DNA from: Octopus bimaculoides
Taxonomy: Eukaryota
Length of the DNA: 64,000 nucleotides
Direction: 5' to 3'
NCBI RefSeq assembly: GCF_001194135.2
Contig: NC_068982.1
Coordinates: forward strand, 98,880,006 to 98,944,005
In this document: in pieces, positions 1 through 13,400 of the stretch
Numbering within the stretch: position 1 is the first letter of the stretch
Layout of the letters: each line of letters starts with the position of its first letter
Position numbers and translations under genes: made by a program
The notes under the pieces: model-generated
Database searches by the model: none
What the model saw: the letters and a program-made list of their open reading frames with translations, nothing else
Told to the model about the DNA's origin: nothing

Positions 1-386
1 ACAAATAATAAATGAGTATATGCATATATACGTACATGTATGTACATACCTACATCTACATGTATATATAGATGCATATCTGGGTACAGGACGTTGCAAA
101 AAAAAAACGTGGACAAAATGATGAACAGAGTACAGAAAGCACACAAGCCACATAGAGAACATTTCCTTCATCAGCTGCCACCATTCTAAAACTAAGCATT
201 TCGAAGAGTTAGGGCAGGACGCATCGTTAGAATGGCTCTTTCCACAAATTAAATTTGTACCATGGAGGAATGTAGTGGCAGACAGAGAACAAGACAAGAA
301 AACGAATATATATATATATATATATATCCAAATTAAGTGAAATTTCTCATCAGTATTACTACTACTAATAACAATTCTTTTTATTA

Positions 387-758
387 TAGGCATTTCAGGG
401 CAAATAGAAATTTGTGGAGAAACTGCATGGGGTTTATATTGACCCCAGTGCTCAACTGCTGCTTATTTCATTGATCCTGAAAGAATGAAAGGCAAAGTCA
501 ACATCAGTGGAATTTGAACTCCATGTAGAACCAGAAGAAATGCTGCTAAGCATTTTGTAATGCTAACGATTCTGCCAGCTGACTGCCTTAAAAATAATTA
601 TTATTTCTACTTTAGGCACAAGGTACTTAATCTATCAACCCCGAAAGAATGAAAGCAAAGTCAACCTCGGCAGAATTTGAACTCAGAGCATAAAGACAGG
701 CGAAATACCACTAAGTATTTCGCTTGGCATGCTAACAATTCTGCCAGTTGACTGCCTT
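387..758 (-). mobile_element. Two tandem copies of tRNA-derived SINE family C (387-589, ~600-758)
   Basis: Shared core gaatgaaaggcaaagtcaac...aatttgaactc...gctaacgattctgccag, also found at 8120, 20640, 20883, 32262, 34490 and 39570. Confidence 0.8.
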
Positions 759-764
759 AATAGT

Positions 765-795
765 AACAATAATAATAATAATAATAATAATAGTA

Positions 796-830
<35 letters not shown>
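765..830. repeat. (AAT)n microsatellite
   Basis: Directly visible aataataat run with a few agt interruptions. Confidence 0.95.
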
Positions 831-831
<1 letters not shown>

Positions 832-1295
832 GCTTCTAACCATGCATGGAGTCCATCATCCACATACAGACATTGATGGTCTATACATGAACAGAGCAAA
901 TGAAGGAAGAGGACTGTTAAGTGTAGAAGACTGTGCACATTGAACTTAGGAACTTACTGAAAAATCTAACCCAAAATGAGGAACCTTGCTAGTGGTAATT
1001 AGAGAAGAGGGCATATTGAAAGGGGGAAAATATACAAGAACAAAACAAGAAGTACAAGAAAGACATGAAGAAGTACCACACAACAACAGACTGCATAATC
1101 AATTCCATACAGCCACAACTGTTGGGGGACATAGATGGGACTGATTAAAAAAGAGCACTCAAAAAGGAGACTGAGAGCACTATACTTGCAGTGCAAGACA
1201 AATCTTTGGCCACAGATTGGAGGTTCAGTCTTAGAAATGAGCATGTATCTCCATTGTGCTGAATTTGCTATAGGTTTGGTGAAACTATTGCCCAT
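831..1295 (+). mobile_element. Decayed R4/Dong-like (RLE-type) non-LTR retrotransposon fragment
   Basis: Translates as LLTMHGVHHPHTDIDGLYMNRANEGRGLLSVEDC, then LKKETESTILAVQDKSL and SPLC*IC...GETIAHI. These match recalled R4/Dong post-RT motifs (MHG..HPKSD.DRLY..R..GGRGL..VEDC; LK.ETE..I.AAQ; C..C...ET..HI). Stops and frameshifts are present. Confidence 0.75.
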
Positions 1296-1805
1296 ATTGA
1301 ATAAAAACTATTATTCGAAGAATTTGTTTTGTATTTCAAATGATTAAATTTTATTCTTCATTGTACCATAATAATTTGCTTTTGATGTTAAATTTTACAA
1401 CCAATGGTGAAAAAAAAAAAAAGTGCTGAGTTTTTAAAAACTAAATATTTTAAATGTATTTCTCTCTTTCTGAAACTAGCTAACTATGGAATCGGTAAGA
1501 GATATATTCTAAACTGTGTTTTTCAATGAATTTTGTCACCGTGTGTTCTTTGGAAATGCTGTGAATAGCACAAATATTTTTTTGAGCTTAAAAATGTTTG
1601 AGATTTTTTCTTGTGTTAGATGTTAGTTAAAAGCTGAAATAGAAAATTGGTGAAGATTCAGTAGTATAATAGTCGTATACTTGGATGTTGTTATCCAAGG
1701 GATGTGGGTTCACATCCCACTTGTCTAATTGTTTTTCTCTTCTTTATTCCTGTGTGCTTATATACTTATTTCTTCTGATACATTGTCAAATTATATAACA
1801 TGCGT

Positions 1806-1836
<31 letters not shown>

Positions 1837-2014
1837 TCTGCACACACACACATACACACACGCACACACACACACACATACATACATATATCAATTTCAT
1901 ATGGTTACTAACTCTGGAGTTTTTTATTCTAAGCTCATCTACAGTTTTGAGCTATCAGATATTTCTTTAAATAAGAGGTCAAGTTTTCACAGATGATATT
2001 TCCAAAACTCCACT

Positions 2015-2402
2015 GTTGTTGTTGGCACTCCGTCGCTTACGACGTCGAGGGTTCCAGTTGATCCGATTAACGGAACAGCCTGCTCGTGAAATTAACGTGC
2101 AAGTGGCTGAGCACTCCACAGACATGTGTACTCTTAACGTAGTTCTCGGGGATATTCAGCGTGACACAGTGTGACAAGGCTGACCCTTTGAATTACATGC
2201 ACAACAGAAACAGGAAGTAAGAGTGAGAGAAAGTTGAGGCGAAAGAGTACAGCAGGGTTCGCCACCATCTCCTGCCGGAGCCTCGTGGGGCTTTCGGTGT
2301 TTTCGCTCAATAAACACTCACAATGCCCGGTCTGGGAATTGAAATCACGATCCTTTGACCGCGAGTCCATTGTCCTCACCACTGGGCCATTGTGCCTCCA
2401 CT
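2015..2402 (-). mobile_element. tRNA-derived SINE family A, full length, (AAC)n tail
   Basis: Near-identical to the copies at 6152, 25911 and 47592. 11-bp TSD aaaactccact at 2004-2014 and 2403-2413. Confidence 0.9.
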
Positions 2403-3189
2403 AAAACTCCACTATGCCTGTAAAATTACAATAACTCTTAACTTAACGGAGACAATATTTACATATCGCCCGCGGAAACACAACTAGATCTCATAATGCA
2501 GGGGAAACTGGCATAATCAAGTACCTGCATGCCTGGAGAACTACATTGTGTAGAAACAATTGTAATGATTGAAAATAAATGTCCAACCATTCTCCTTCAG
2601 TTGTCTATTCACACACAACAGAAGCCCAAACGCAAACCTGGGAGTATGTATAATACTACTACTGGATAGCACAGGGTGAAATCTGAAAGTGGATGAGCTT
2701 TATATTGTACTCTACTACATTCTTAACAGAATATACCATAACTATATATATTTGTATGTGTGTGTGTGTATGCATGTATAAATTGCTCTTCATATTTGAG
2801 GTCCCATTGAAGCTATAAGGTGTTACTCAGGCACACAACTATGAGTCCACTGCATTTTATAGAAACAGTCATAAGGTAATGATGTTCATAAGATAATAAT
2901 TTATTCCTTTTCCATCTCATTTTCTTATATATATCATTGCTATTATGTTAAACTGCTGTATGTCCAAATTTGGCCAAATGCGTTTGCTTCAATATTTAGT
3001 TTTGCTTGCAATAGCCAGTTCTTTTGGTCAAACTATCATATCTCCAGCAGCTTCAGATGCCAAGATATGAAAATTGTCAAAGTGTAGTACAATGGTTTTG
3101 CTATGGAATGGTGAAACTACTTTTTTGTTTTCTGAAAAAGCAACGTTTTGAACTTACAGCACTTTTGCATAATACCAATGATACGCATG

Positions 3190-3202
3190 CGCATGCATGC
3201 AT

Positions 3203-3265
<63 letters not shown>

Positions 3266-3835
3266 GTAGGAGCACATGTGTCCATATATCTATTGAGAAT
3301 GGAAGATACCACTACCTGCCACTCACTTCAACCACTCCACAGCCAGAGGAAGGACAAAAGTGTGAAGGAGAAATGCACTGAGCACTATGAGAAGCAAAAA
3401 GGCTTGTATATCTTAAATCTAGTCTCTCCAACTAAAGATTTACATGTCTTGCCTACCATACAAAAACTGAACACCAAGGATTGGGATGTGCAGTCATTAA
3501 AGGATTCACAAACGTAGATAATCATCTCTGGATTTCATGGGCAATCATAAGGAAACAGCACATGTGTGTGTGTTTGTGTATGGTGCATGCGTGTGTGTAT
3601 GTGTGCACGTGTGTATGCACATGTATCTGTGTGCATGGTGCTTGCATCTGTATGTACCTGTGCTTGTGTGGTGTGTGAATGTGTGTGTGCACATGCATAT
3701 GCGTGTTGTATTTGTGTGTGTGTGTGTGTGTGTGCATGCGTGCACTTGCATATGTGTATGTGCACTTGCATATGTGTATGTGTGCCTTGTGTGTGTGTGT
3801 GCATGCATGTGAGTGAGCATGTGTGTGTGTTTGTG
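3190..3835. repeat. (CA)n microsatellite (3190-3262) and degenerate (TG)/(CATG) purine-pyrimidine tract (3560-3835)
   Basis: Directly visible. Explains the cluster of HT/CV-rich ORFs. Confidence 0.9.
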
Positions 3836-4331
3836 TATTGTGCTGCAGGGGAAAGAGAGAATGTGAAACTCTGTTGTATATCATCTCCATAAGCATACTC
3901 ATATAAACACTTGTACTGACACAAATATCAGGTACACTAACTGAGATGCAGACAAATATCTGCACACATTCCCATATTGACACTCATGCTTGTGTTTCCA
4001 ATCTCATTAACACATAGGTCTTTCTATGTCGCAGCTGTTAGAGTTGAGAAACCTAATGAAACCATGATACTTTTGTTAGAAATGCATTGACTAAACAATG
4101 ATTCATGATAATTATTTTAAGAAACACACAACTGTATTTGAAACTAATTAGATTAATTTTAAAAAGCAGTAATGAATGATAAAACTGTTCATTTTGGATA
4201 GTTTATATTACAATATGTAAGTCTCAAAGGAAAAAAGAACAATTTTATAACTAATTTGAGGTTTAATTCTTTTTTTGGTTTCACAGCCAACATTATCTGA
4301 AGAGAACCCTAGGAGTCCACCAAAATCTAGT

Positions 4332-4422
4332 ATGGCTCCACGGAAGGCAGAAATTATTCTCCAGCGTGAGTTGGAAACACAGGAAGATTGGGAAGATTTT
4401 CTTTCGAAAGAAGGCTTGTTAG
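4332..4422 (+). CDS. NME8: NME8-like coding exon 1 ([30 protein letters not shown])
   Basis: Acceptor tttcacag ends at 4286, ATG at 4332, donor GTCAGT at 4423, phase 1. Resembles the NME8 N-terminus (MASKKREVQLQ...W.E.L..KGL). Confidence 0.9.
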
Positions 4423-7400
4423 GTCAGTTAAAAGTTGTTACAATCTGAGTGGCAAATCATAAGCATTGTTAATATTATTGAATTATTATAAAGGTTACCT
4501 CTCTTCTCTTTTTTTTTTTTCAGTTGGAGTTGCTATGTATCTCCATTATTGCAAAATGTCTGTTTCTGTAACCTGTCATCACATAACACAAAACCACCTC
4601 CCTCAATACCACTCCATATCTCAGTTAAGGGGTCTTTTTCTTGCATGCTACTTGCCAACCTAAAGTGATGTGGCATCCAGCCTTGCAAACTCAAGACTGC
4701 TGCTACAAACAGGGCTACCTGGAGGTCAACTACCTACACTGTTGTAGCTACCTTTGAAGAGGATAAACAGCAATGCTTCACAGCCGCAAAAGATAGATGT
4801 CACCAGGCTACATCTTCCTCCGTCCCGACCACAGACTACCAGTATCCAACCTGCAGAGCTACATGCACTCCCACCACTGACTGCTGAGATCACAGACTAT
4901 GTTTTCATTTTTTCATTGGAGATCGATGGACTATCAAAAGATACTGGGTGTCCTTGCTGGTGCTGGTGCTACATAAATACCATTCAGTGCATTCTATAGG
5001 GAGATTGGCATTGAGAAGGGCATCCAGCTGTAGAAACCACACCAAAGCAAGCAGCAGAGCTTGGCACAGTCCTCTGGTTCATCAGCTTCTGTCAAACCAT
5101 CCAAGCCATGGAAAATTGATGTTAAATGGTGATGGTCCTTTTATTGTTTTACTTGTTTCAGTCATTTGACTGCAGCCATGCTGGAGCACCACATTGAAGG
5201 GTTTCCAATTGAATAAATTGACCCCAGGACTTATTTCTTAAGCCTAGTACTTATTCTGTTGGCCTCTTTTGCAGAACTGTTAAGTTATGGGGAAGTAAAC
5301 ACACAAACACTGGTTGTTAAATGGTGATGGGGGAACAAACACAGACGCAAAGATACATACACATAGATACACACACACATATATGATGGGCTTCTTTTAG
5401 TTTCCATCTACCAAATCCATTGACAAGGCTATAGTAGAATACATTTACCCAAGGTACTATGCAGTGGAACTGAACCCTGAACCATGTGGTTGGGAGGCAA
5501 GCTTTTTACCACACAGTTACACCTGTTGAGGATGATGTTGCATCATTAGTAAACTATTGACTACTTGTTCTCATAACATCAGCAACCATGTTTTCTTGGT
5601 GTATATTTTTGGCAAGAAAGACAGATCTACTTGAAGATTCTTTCACTCTATTTTTTTTCAGCTTTTTCAGAGCTTGAAATTCCACATTGATTAAACTGTA
5701 ATGTTTTATAAGCTAAATTGTGAAGATTGAGGTAAAGAAATCAAACTGATACAAAAAAAAAACAACAAAAAAAAAGCAAAAAAAAAAAAAAACGCAATTG
5801 AAGAATTTGAACTTGAACTGAAATCCAACAAAAAAGCAACCTGAACTTAAATTAATATAAAAAATATTTCATTTTTTTTGTCCCCTGCTCTTTTTAAATT
5901 TTGAGTTTCATTTCCCAAATTATAATTTTGGCTCTGTAATCATCTCTACTAGAATAACTCCTCCTCTCCTCCTACCTGTTATAGAGACCCTAAAAAGGTC
6001 CATGGATCTTGCTGTTCTTCTTCTAAGTAATGAAAACTATAAAATAAATAAAACACAATCTAGAATGCCTGTTGTAGTCAATTCAAAAGCCATAATTTGA
6101 ACTTGAATTAGTACATCTACAGCATGAAAGTGATAGATTTAATACTTTAGTTGTTGTTGTTGTTGGCACTCCGTCGTTTACGATGTCGAGGGTTCCAGTT
6201 GATCCAATCAATGGAACAGCCTGCTCGTGAAATTAACGTGCAAGTGGCTGAGCACTCCACAGACACGTGTACCCTTAACATAGTTCTCGAGGATATTCAG
6301 CGTGACACAGTGTGACAAGGCTGACCCTTTGAATTACAGGCACAACAGAAACAGGAAGAAAGAGTGAGNNNNNNNNNNACCCTTAACATAGTTCTCGAGG
6401 ATATTCAGCGTGACACAGTGTGACAAGGCTGACCCTTTGAATTACAGGCACAACAGAAACAGGAAGAAAGAGTGAGAAAAAGTTGTGGTGGAAGAGTACA
6501 GTAGGGTTCGCCACCATCCCCCTGCCAGAGCCTCGTGGAGCTTTAGGTGTTTTCGCTCAATAAACACTCACAACGCCCAGTCTGGGAATTGAAACTGCGA
6601 TCCTATGACTGCGAGTCCGCGGCCCTAACCACTAGGCCATTGCACCTCCACAAATACTTTAGTACAACCCATTAAATTGCTGTATGCTGAGATTGCATGA
6701 CAGTTTTTAAGCTTTCTTAATTTGGATGAAAAAAAATTCCTTTTTTTATACATGCATTATAAAAAAATAAATAAAATAAACAACAGAACAAAAAGCAATA
6801 GAAAGGTCTTTTATCAAGTTGTCTGTTTATGAATGTATAAAGACAACAAATAAGGGGGTTTTTTTTATGGTTCTCATAGTAACCATAACGGTTGTATGTT
6901 TATCAAAAATGAAATAACTGGGTAAAGGCACATGGCTTAGTGGTTAGGGTGTTACACTCGCAGTTACAAGACTCTGGTTTCAATTCTCAGACAAAGTAGT
7001 GTGTTGTGTTCTTGAGCAATACACTTCATTTCACATTATTCCCGTTCGCTCAGGAGTAAATGAGCAACCCTGTGACAGACTGACACCTTGTTCAAAGAAT
7101 ATGTTATGATCTCAGCCATTTATACATGATGGAAACCAGATAACCAGCCCTATGGGCCCTAGGACTCAAGACTGTAATGTCCAGTGGTTGCTGATGATGA
7201 GGAAGATGAGGAGGGGAGGCAGACAAAAGGTTTATGATCTATGTAATACCTTTTTTGTTTCTAAAATACTATTTAGTGGAGTAGTTAAGAATGGCTCAGT
7301 GGTTAGAGCATTGGGCTCACAATCATGAGGTAGTGAGTTTGATTCCTGGATCAGGCTGTGTGTTGTGTTCTTGAGCAAGACACTTAATTTCACATTGCTC

Positions 7401-10400
7401 CAGGTTACTTAGCTGTAAAATGAGTTGCGACATCACTGTTGCCAAGCTGTATCAGCCTTTGCTTTTCCTGTGGATAACATTGGTGGTATAGAAAGGAGAG
7501 GCTGGTATGCATGGGTGACTGCTGGTCTTCCATAAACAACTTTGGCTGGACTTGTGCCTCGGACAGGAATTTTCTAGGTGCAATCCCATGGTCATTCATG
7601 ACTGAAGGGTGTCTTTACCCTTTTATTCCTTAAAGGGTCGAAGTGGTCATGAATGTAGAATATTGGCTTGAAGATTATAAAGTGACTTGTTATACCACAG
7701 ATCCTACTCACCCCACTGCCTATCATGGGTTTATCTTGACACAAGTTAAGAATTAATTTTTCTGACTGACATTAAACATGTACAAAGTTCATAGGGAAGT
7801 AATATGAACGAAGAGAAAATCAAAGAATATCAAAATAATCGCTCTCCCACATTGAAATAATTATATTGATAAGACATGAGTCAATGACAGAAATATTGAA
7901 TTAGTAGTTTCTTAGATTTGACAGCTTAATGGATCCAATTTGAGGATGAAATTTATATGGGGCTGGTACTGGGTTAGACAAAGATTTTCTGTAGATCTGA
8001 ATTTGTCACTGGACACCAATACATGTGAGAACTGATATATTTGAAGGCAGTGGGAGAAAAAAAATCCCTAAGAATGTATTTTTAATACATCATTAATATA
8101 TATTGATATATTTTGCCTGCAACAAGCTGGCAGAACTATTAGCATATCAGAGACAAAATACATAGTGGCATTTCTTCCAGTTCTTTACATTTTGAGTTCA
8201 AATTCCACTGGGGCTGGCTTTGCCTTTCATCCTTTAAGAATTGATAAAATAAGTACCAGTTGAACACTGGGGTTGATGTAATCTACTAATCCCTCTCGTT
8301 AAAACTGCTGGTCCTTAGCCAAAATTTGAAACAATTTATTATTATTTCATCATGATCATTGTCAACATCATCCTCATGCATTTAATGTCCACTTTTCCAT
8401 GCTTACATAGATCAGATGGAATTTTATTGAGGTGGTGTAGCAGAAGTGATTTACACGGTCACTATGTGTGAGGTGTTTTCGTTTTGACTCATGTAGGCTT
8501 AAATACTCGGATATCGGCTCCATGAGCCCTTTTCATTCCAGCAGATCACATGACAGTTTCCACAACAGTTCATTTTTTCCTTACGTGGGAAATTAATCAC
8601 CAACTCTAAGAGCCTACTGATCTCAATAAGAACGACAATTTTCAACTGCTCTTGGTCTTTGGCACATGCCACTGACCACTTACAACTCTTCTCCAGCAAC
8701 GATGTATCTGACACCAGCCAGTCTCTGCTTTCATCTCTACCAGATACCTGCCTACATCGTTGTTGTATGAACATCACATGACCAACAGACCAACAGCTGC
8801 CTCTACACACCACCAAACAGTATGTCGACGATGTCTACAAGATCTACAGTCCAGCCTAACCACAAAGTCTCTCACACATCCTTGTTGTAACCTGTTATGC
8901 TATTTTATTTCATGCATGGCAATCATTGTATTTTATAACAGAGAATAAATCATCGCTTACCCATTCATTTCATCTCAAGTTATCTATCATTTTTACATTT
9001 CCCTCATTAACCATCTTCATTATAGTGGGTTTTCTAAGATCACATGCCCTTCCTGTCACTAGTCCCCACCTGTTTCCAGGCAAGGAAATATTTCCCCATA
9101 ACCTGATGTCAAATCAAGTAGACACAAATATATGCAAAGACACCTACACACACACACATACACACAACAGGCTTCTTTCAGTTTCTATCTACCATATCTG
9201 CTCACAAGGCTTTGGTCAGCTTGTGGCTATAGTAGAAAACACCTGCCCAAGGTGCCACATAGTGGAACTGAACACGAAACCATGTGGTTGGAAAGCAACC
9301 TTCTTACCACACAGCCATGCTTGTACCTATTTCTTTTGTTTAAAATCTTAAAATTTTCCTGATTTTTAAAGAGTTTTCCTGACAAGTAAAGATATTATTT
9401 TCATCATGATCATTATTTCAATTATTTTAATTAAACATTGATTGCAAATCCTTCCAGTGATTGATGTATACCAAGAATGGGCTGGTCCCTGTACATCTTT
9501 GGTGAATAACTTCAAGAAACTGAGGAATGAACTTAGTGATGACTTCTTGCGCTATGCTGTGGTAAGGTTATTTAATATTGCATTTTTGTTTTGGTGTTTT
9601 AATTTTATTTTCCTTAACATGCTTTTAAGCTATTTTAATTTTTTTTTTAAATCAAAATCAAGAAGTCTTAAAATTCTTATACAGTCCAAGGATGTAGGAT
9701 CTATGGGTTGCACTAAAAAGTATTTAATTTGTTACATTTATACATTTATAGACCTACTTATGCAAAACTGATTCAAACTTTTGAATTTACTACAGCTAGC
9801 ATTCTAGACTGTATCTTCTCCTTCTTCCTTCTCCTCTTCCCTTCCTCCTCTTTCCTCTGCCTCTTCCTCCCTTCTTCCTCTATTTCTTTCTCCGTTTCCC
9901 CCTCCTTTTCCTAGACCCCCATCTGCCTCCTCCCTTCCACATCACTTCTTCCCTTCTCCCCTCCTCCTCTTCCTTCTCCCCTCCTCCTCTTCCTTCTCCC
10001 CTCCTCCTCTTCCTTCTCCCCTCCTCCTCTTCCCCTTCTCATCCACTCCCACCACCACCACNNNNNNNNNNNNNNNNNNNNNNNNNNNNNNNNNNNNNNN
10101 NNNNNNNNNNNNNNNNNNNNNNNNNNNNNNNNNNNNNNNNNNNNNNNNNNNNNNNNNNNNNNNNNNNNNNNNNNNNNNNNNNNNNNNNNNNNNNNNNNNN
10201 NNNNNNNNNNNNNNNNNNNNNNNNNNNNNNNNNNNNNNNNNNNNNNNNNNNNNNNNNNNNNNNNNNNNNNNNNNNNNNNNNNNNNNNNNNNNNNNNNNNN
10301 NNNNNNNNNNNNNNNNNNNNNNNNNNNNNNNNNNNNNNNNNNNNNNNNNNNNNNNNNNNNNNNNNNNNNNNNNNNNNNNNNNNNNNNNNNNNNNNNNNNN

Positions 10401-13400
10401 NNNNNNNNNNNNNNNNNNNNNNNNNNNNNNCCCTAATACTAAACGTTATTTTGGAATGTACCCAAACATTTTAGCTGTTGCTGCATTTGTAAATTAAATA
10501 TTTTCATTGAAATTATTAGATATATGAAGCAGTCATAAAGGGCATCATGTTTATTATACAGCTTCACTCAGGATAGTAAAAGAGGGTTTAATTGGACAAT
10601 GCCAATTCTACAAGGTGTTCAAAAAGTTTCTCCACATTGAATGTTTTTCATCCTGACTCTCCAAGAGTCAGACTGTCCAAGAGTCAGACTGTCCAAGAGT
10701 CAGACTCTCCAAGATGTATTTCAAAACATGTTTAGAAGAGTCAACTTATGTACTGAAAATGAAGGATGACACTTTCAACACCACCTTATAAAGTCTTTTT
10801 AAAGTCTTGTAAAGTCTAATATATTCTTTTGTAGTCTTATATATTCTTTTGTAGTCTTATACCATCTTATAAATATTTATTTTGCAATGAAATACTTATT
10901 GCGGAGAGACTTTTTGAACACCTTGTAGTTTATTATCTTCCATCAACAATTAAAAATCCTACATTTTAAAGCCACTAAGAAATTCATTTAATTTATTTAA
11001 TTAATTTATGTGCATAGTGACATCTAAAATTTTTGGGTATATGCCAAAATAATCTTTAGTATGGAAATTAAATGTTACTGGCACATCAGCAATTTAGACT
11101 TTTCTAGTGCGCTGTTTTCTTTACAAATGGCTGGAGATAACTTTCAACAGTAGCCCCTCACGAATTACAAAGAACATCTCTATGTAGTTAACTACTATAA
11201 ATAAAAGTTAAATTTTCCTCAAATCACACTTACTTTCTTAAAAGAGAAGGGCCATATTAGATTATATGGCCCTAGATTCACAATGCTTGATAAAAATCAA
11301 AATTGAGATACAAAATATGAGATGGTCTTTGCTATAAATCTTTTGATCATAGATATGCTGAATCAAAGCTGATCTGAAGCTAAACAATACTAACATCAAC
11401 TTCTCTCACTAAGTTGTGCAATAAACATGAAATTATAGTTGATCTTTTTTAAGGATCAATGCTCTGTCAGACTGTCTTTATTTCTATGTATTTAAATCAT
11501 CATGAATCTCTTCTAAAAAAGAGGAAATTATATTTGTGACATCCTAGTAATGTGAACTGATACCCATAATTATATTTAGTGATCAAATAAACTAACTTAA
11601 TTTTTCCCAACTAATCAGTGATTAGTGTGCTATTATATCAACAGGCATATCTGAATGACAATAGCAGTGACTACCTTGGTCACTCCAACAGCTGCTGCTG
11701 ATCTGCTGTAACTAGGACTCACATAGCACACCTAATTTAACCAATTTCTGGTTTACTTTCATTGAAAATGCATGTCAGCTAGACTATAATATGATATATG
11801 TATGCACAAGTCTACTGAAGATCACTTGCATGCTTGTACACTTATTACAAGCACATACATGAATGTACTTTCATGTAGATATGCATGTACTTTCAACTAG
11901 CCTACTATGAGCAAATAGAGAATATTTTTTATTTATTTCATGTATATTATAGTATTAAACAGACTTTATAACTTTATTTTGTTTTTTATCTTTTGGTTGA
12001 ATTTATATTTTCTTTGGAAAATTATGTATTAATCATCAACTTCTTAAACACTACATTAATCTCACCAATTCCAATCTCTGTTCCTAATAGTTGCAGCTTG
12101 AAGAGTTTCCAAGTTTCCTTCCCAATATTCACACAATCACAAATACCCATTCAGTTGACATAATCATCCATTCTGTTTAACAGATTTCAATATTTTCATA
12201 GAATTTATTACTAATATATTTCCTGTCATTGTTTTCAGGCAAAAGCTGATAGAATTGAGTCATTGGTGCTCTACAGGGGGAAATGTAAGCCTTGTTTCCT
12301 TTTCTTTGCTGTAAGTATGGAGGGACACTCCCTGGGCATGTGCTCTATTTTTTAGCTATAACTATGTAGCAAATATAATCTGAATTTTGTCTGTTATATG
12401 CAGTAGAAATAGTATTAAATTAAAATAGCCATCTGTGTGTCATAATTAATATAAATACATCGTTAAAAGGCAATTTACTTTGATATTCTTCCAGAAATAA
12501 CATTTGTTAAGGGTTTGATGCATTTAAAACACAAAATACAAGGGGGTACCCCAAAGTAACCAGAAATGTTCTCTGTGGGACAAGCCCATTGTAGTTCAGG
12601 CTTCTGCCACTAGAAGCCACTTGATGTGACCCACAGGCATCAGTCTGCTGACCATCATCTTCGAGTGAAGTTGTACTGCCACATGCAGTGCTTTTCCCTT
12701 GTATGTCAATTTTGCAATCGCTGAAATGAAGGAACACTGTGCTTCCATGAAATTTTGTTTTCTGCCAGGAAAAACAGTGGCTGAAACTGTTATCATACTT
12801 CAAACAGCTCTCGAGAATGGTACCACGAGCAAAACACAAGTTTATGAGTAATTTCCACACTCTAGGAATGGTCACTTGTTGCTTGAGGACCAACCTCATT
12901 CAGGATGACCGTCGACCTCCCGAACTAATGAAAATATGAATATTCATGAACTGAGCAATTGACAAACTTGTTGATGTGATTGGTGTGTCCTGGAGCTCCT
13001 GCCAATGAAATTTGTGCAAAGAATTGCGAATGAAATGAGCTTCAGCAAAATTTGTGCCCCGCTTGCTCAAGGAAGATCAAAATCAGTCATGACTGAATGT
13101 GTGTCGTGAACTGAAAGAACAGTTGGAGGTTAATCTGGACCATTTTTTGGGAAGATCATCACTAGTGATAAAAGCTGGTGCTACAGAATTTGTAGATGCG
13201 AAAGAGGTAAAAAAAAAAACTGATGGAGGCATTAAAAGGCATCACTTCAAAAGAGTTCCAGCACTGCTTCTAACAGTGGAAAATGCCTGGACCAATGCAT
13301 TGCTTCAAATGAAGAATACTTTGAAGACAGTAAACGGGTAAACGTGTAAAGCTAAGTGAATTAAATAATATTGCACAATTCCAATTTCTTTTGGGTATCC

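Noticed and set aside
55-305. Possible Penelope-like terminal repeat (cttcatcagctgcc motif)
   Set aside because: No RT or GIY-YIG coding remnant is visible, and the motif alone is too weak for a call.
3096-3111. Possible RFX X-box upstream of the first coding exon (ttttgctatggaatg)
   Set aside because: Only about 11 of 14 positions match and both terminal half-site bases are wrong, which is expected by chance in AT-rich DNA.
3024-3983. Cluster of His/Thr- and Cys/Val-rich ORFs that look like metal-binding proteins
   Set aside because: They are translations of (CA)n/(TG)n tracts. The same applies at 1729, 15458, 17838, 43760, 48679-49008 and 62361-62726.
6271-6476. Apparent 98-bp tandem duplication inside a SINE
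   Set aside because: The two identical copies flank a 10-N gap exactly, the pattern of unmerged contig overlap.
12507-12899. 130-aa minus-strand ORF
   Set aside because: It is the antisense of the decayed mariner transposase on the + strand and shows no independent homology.
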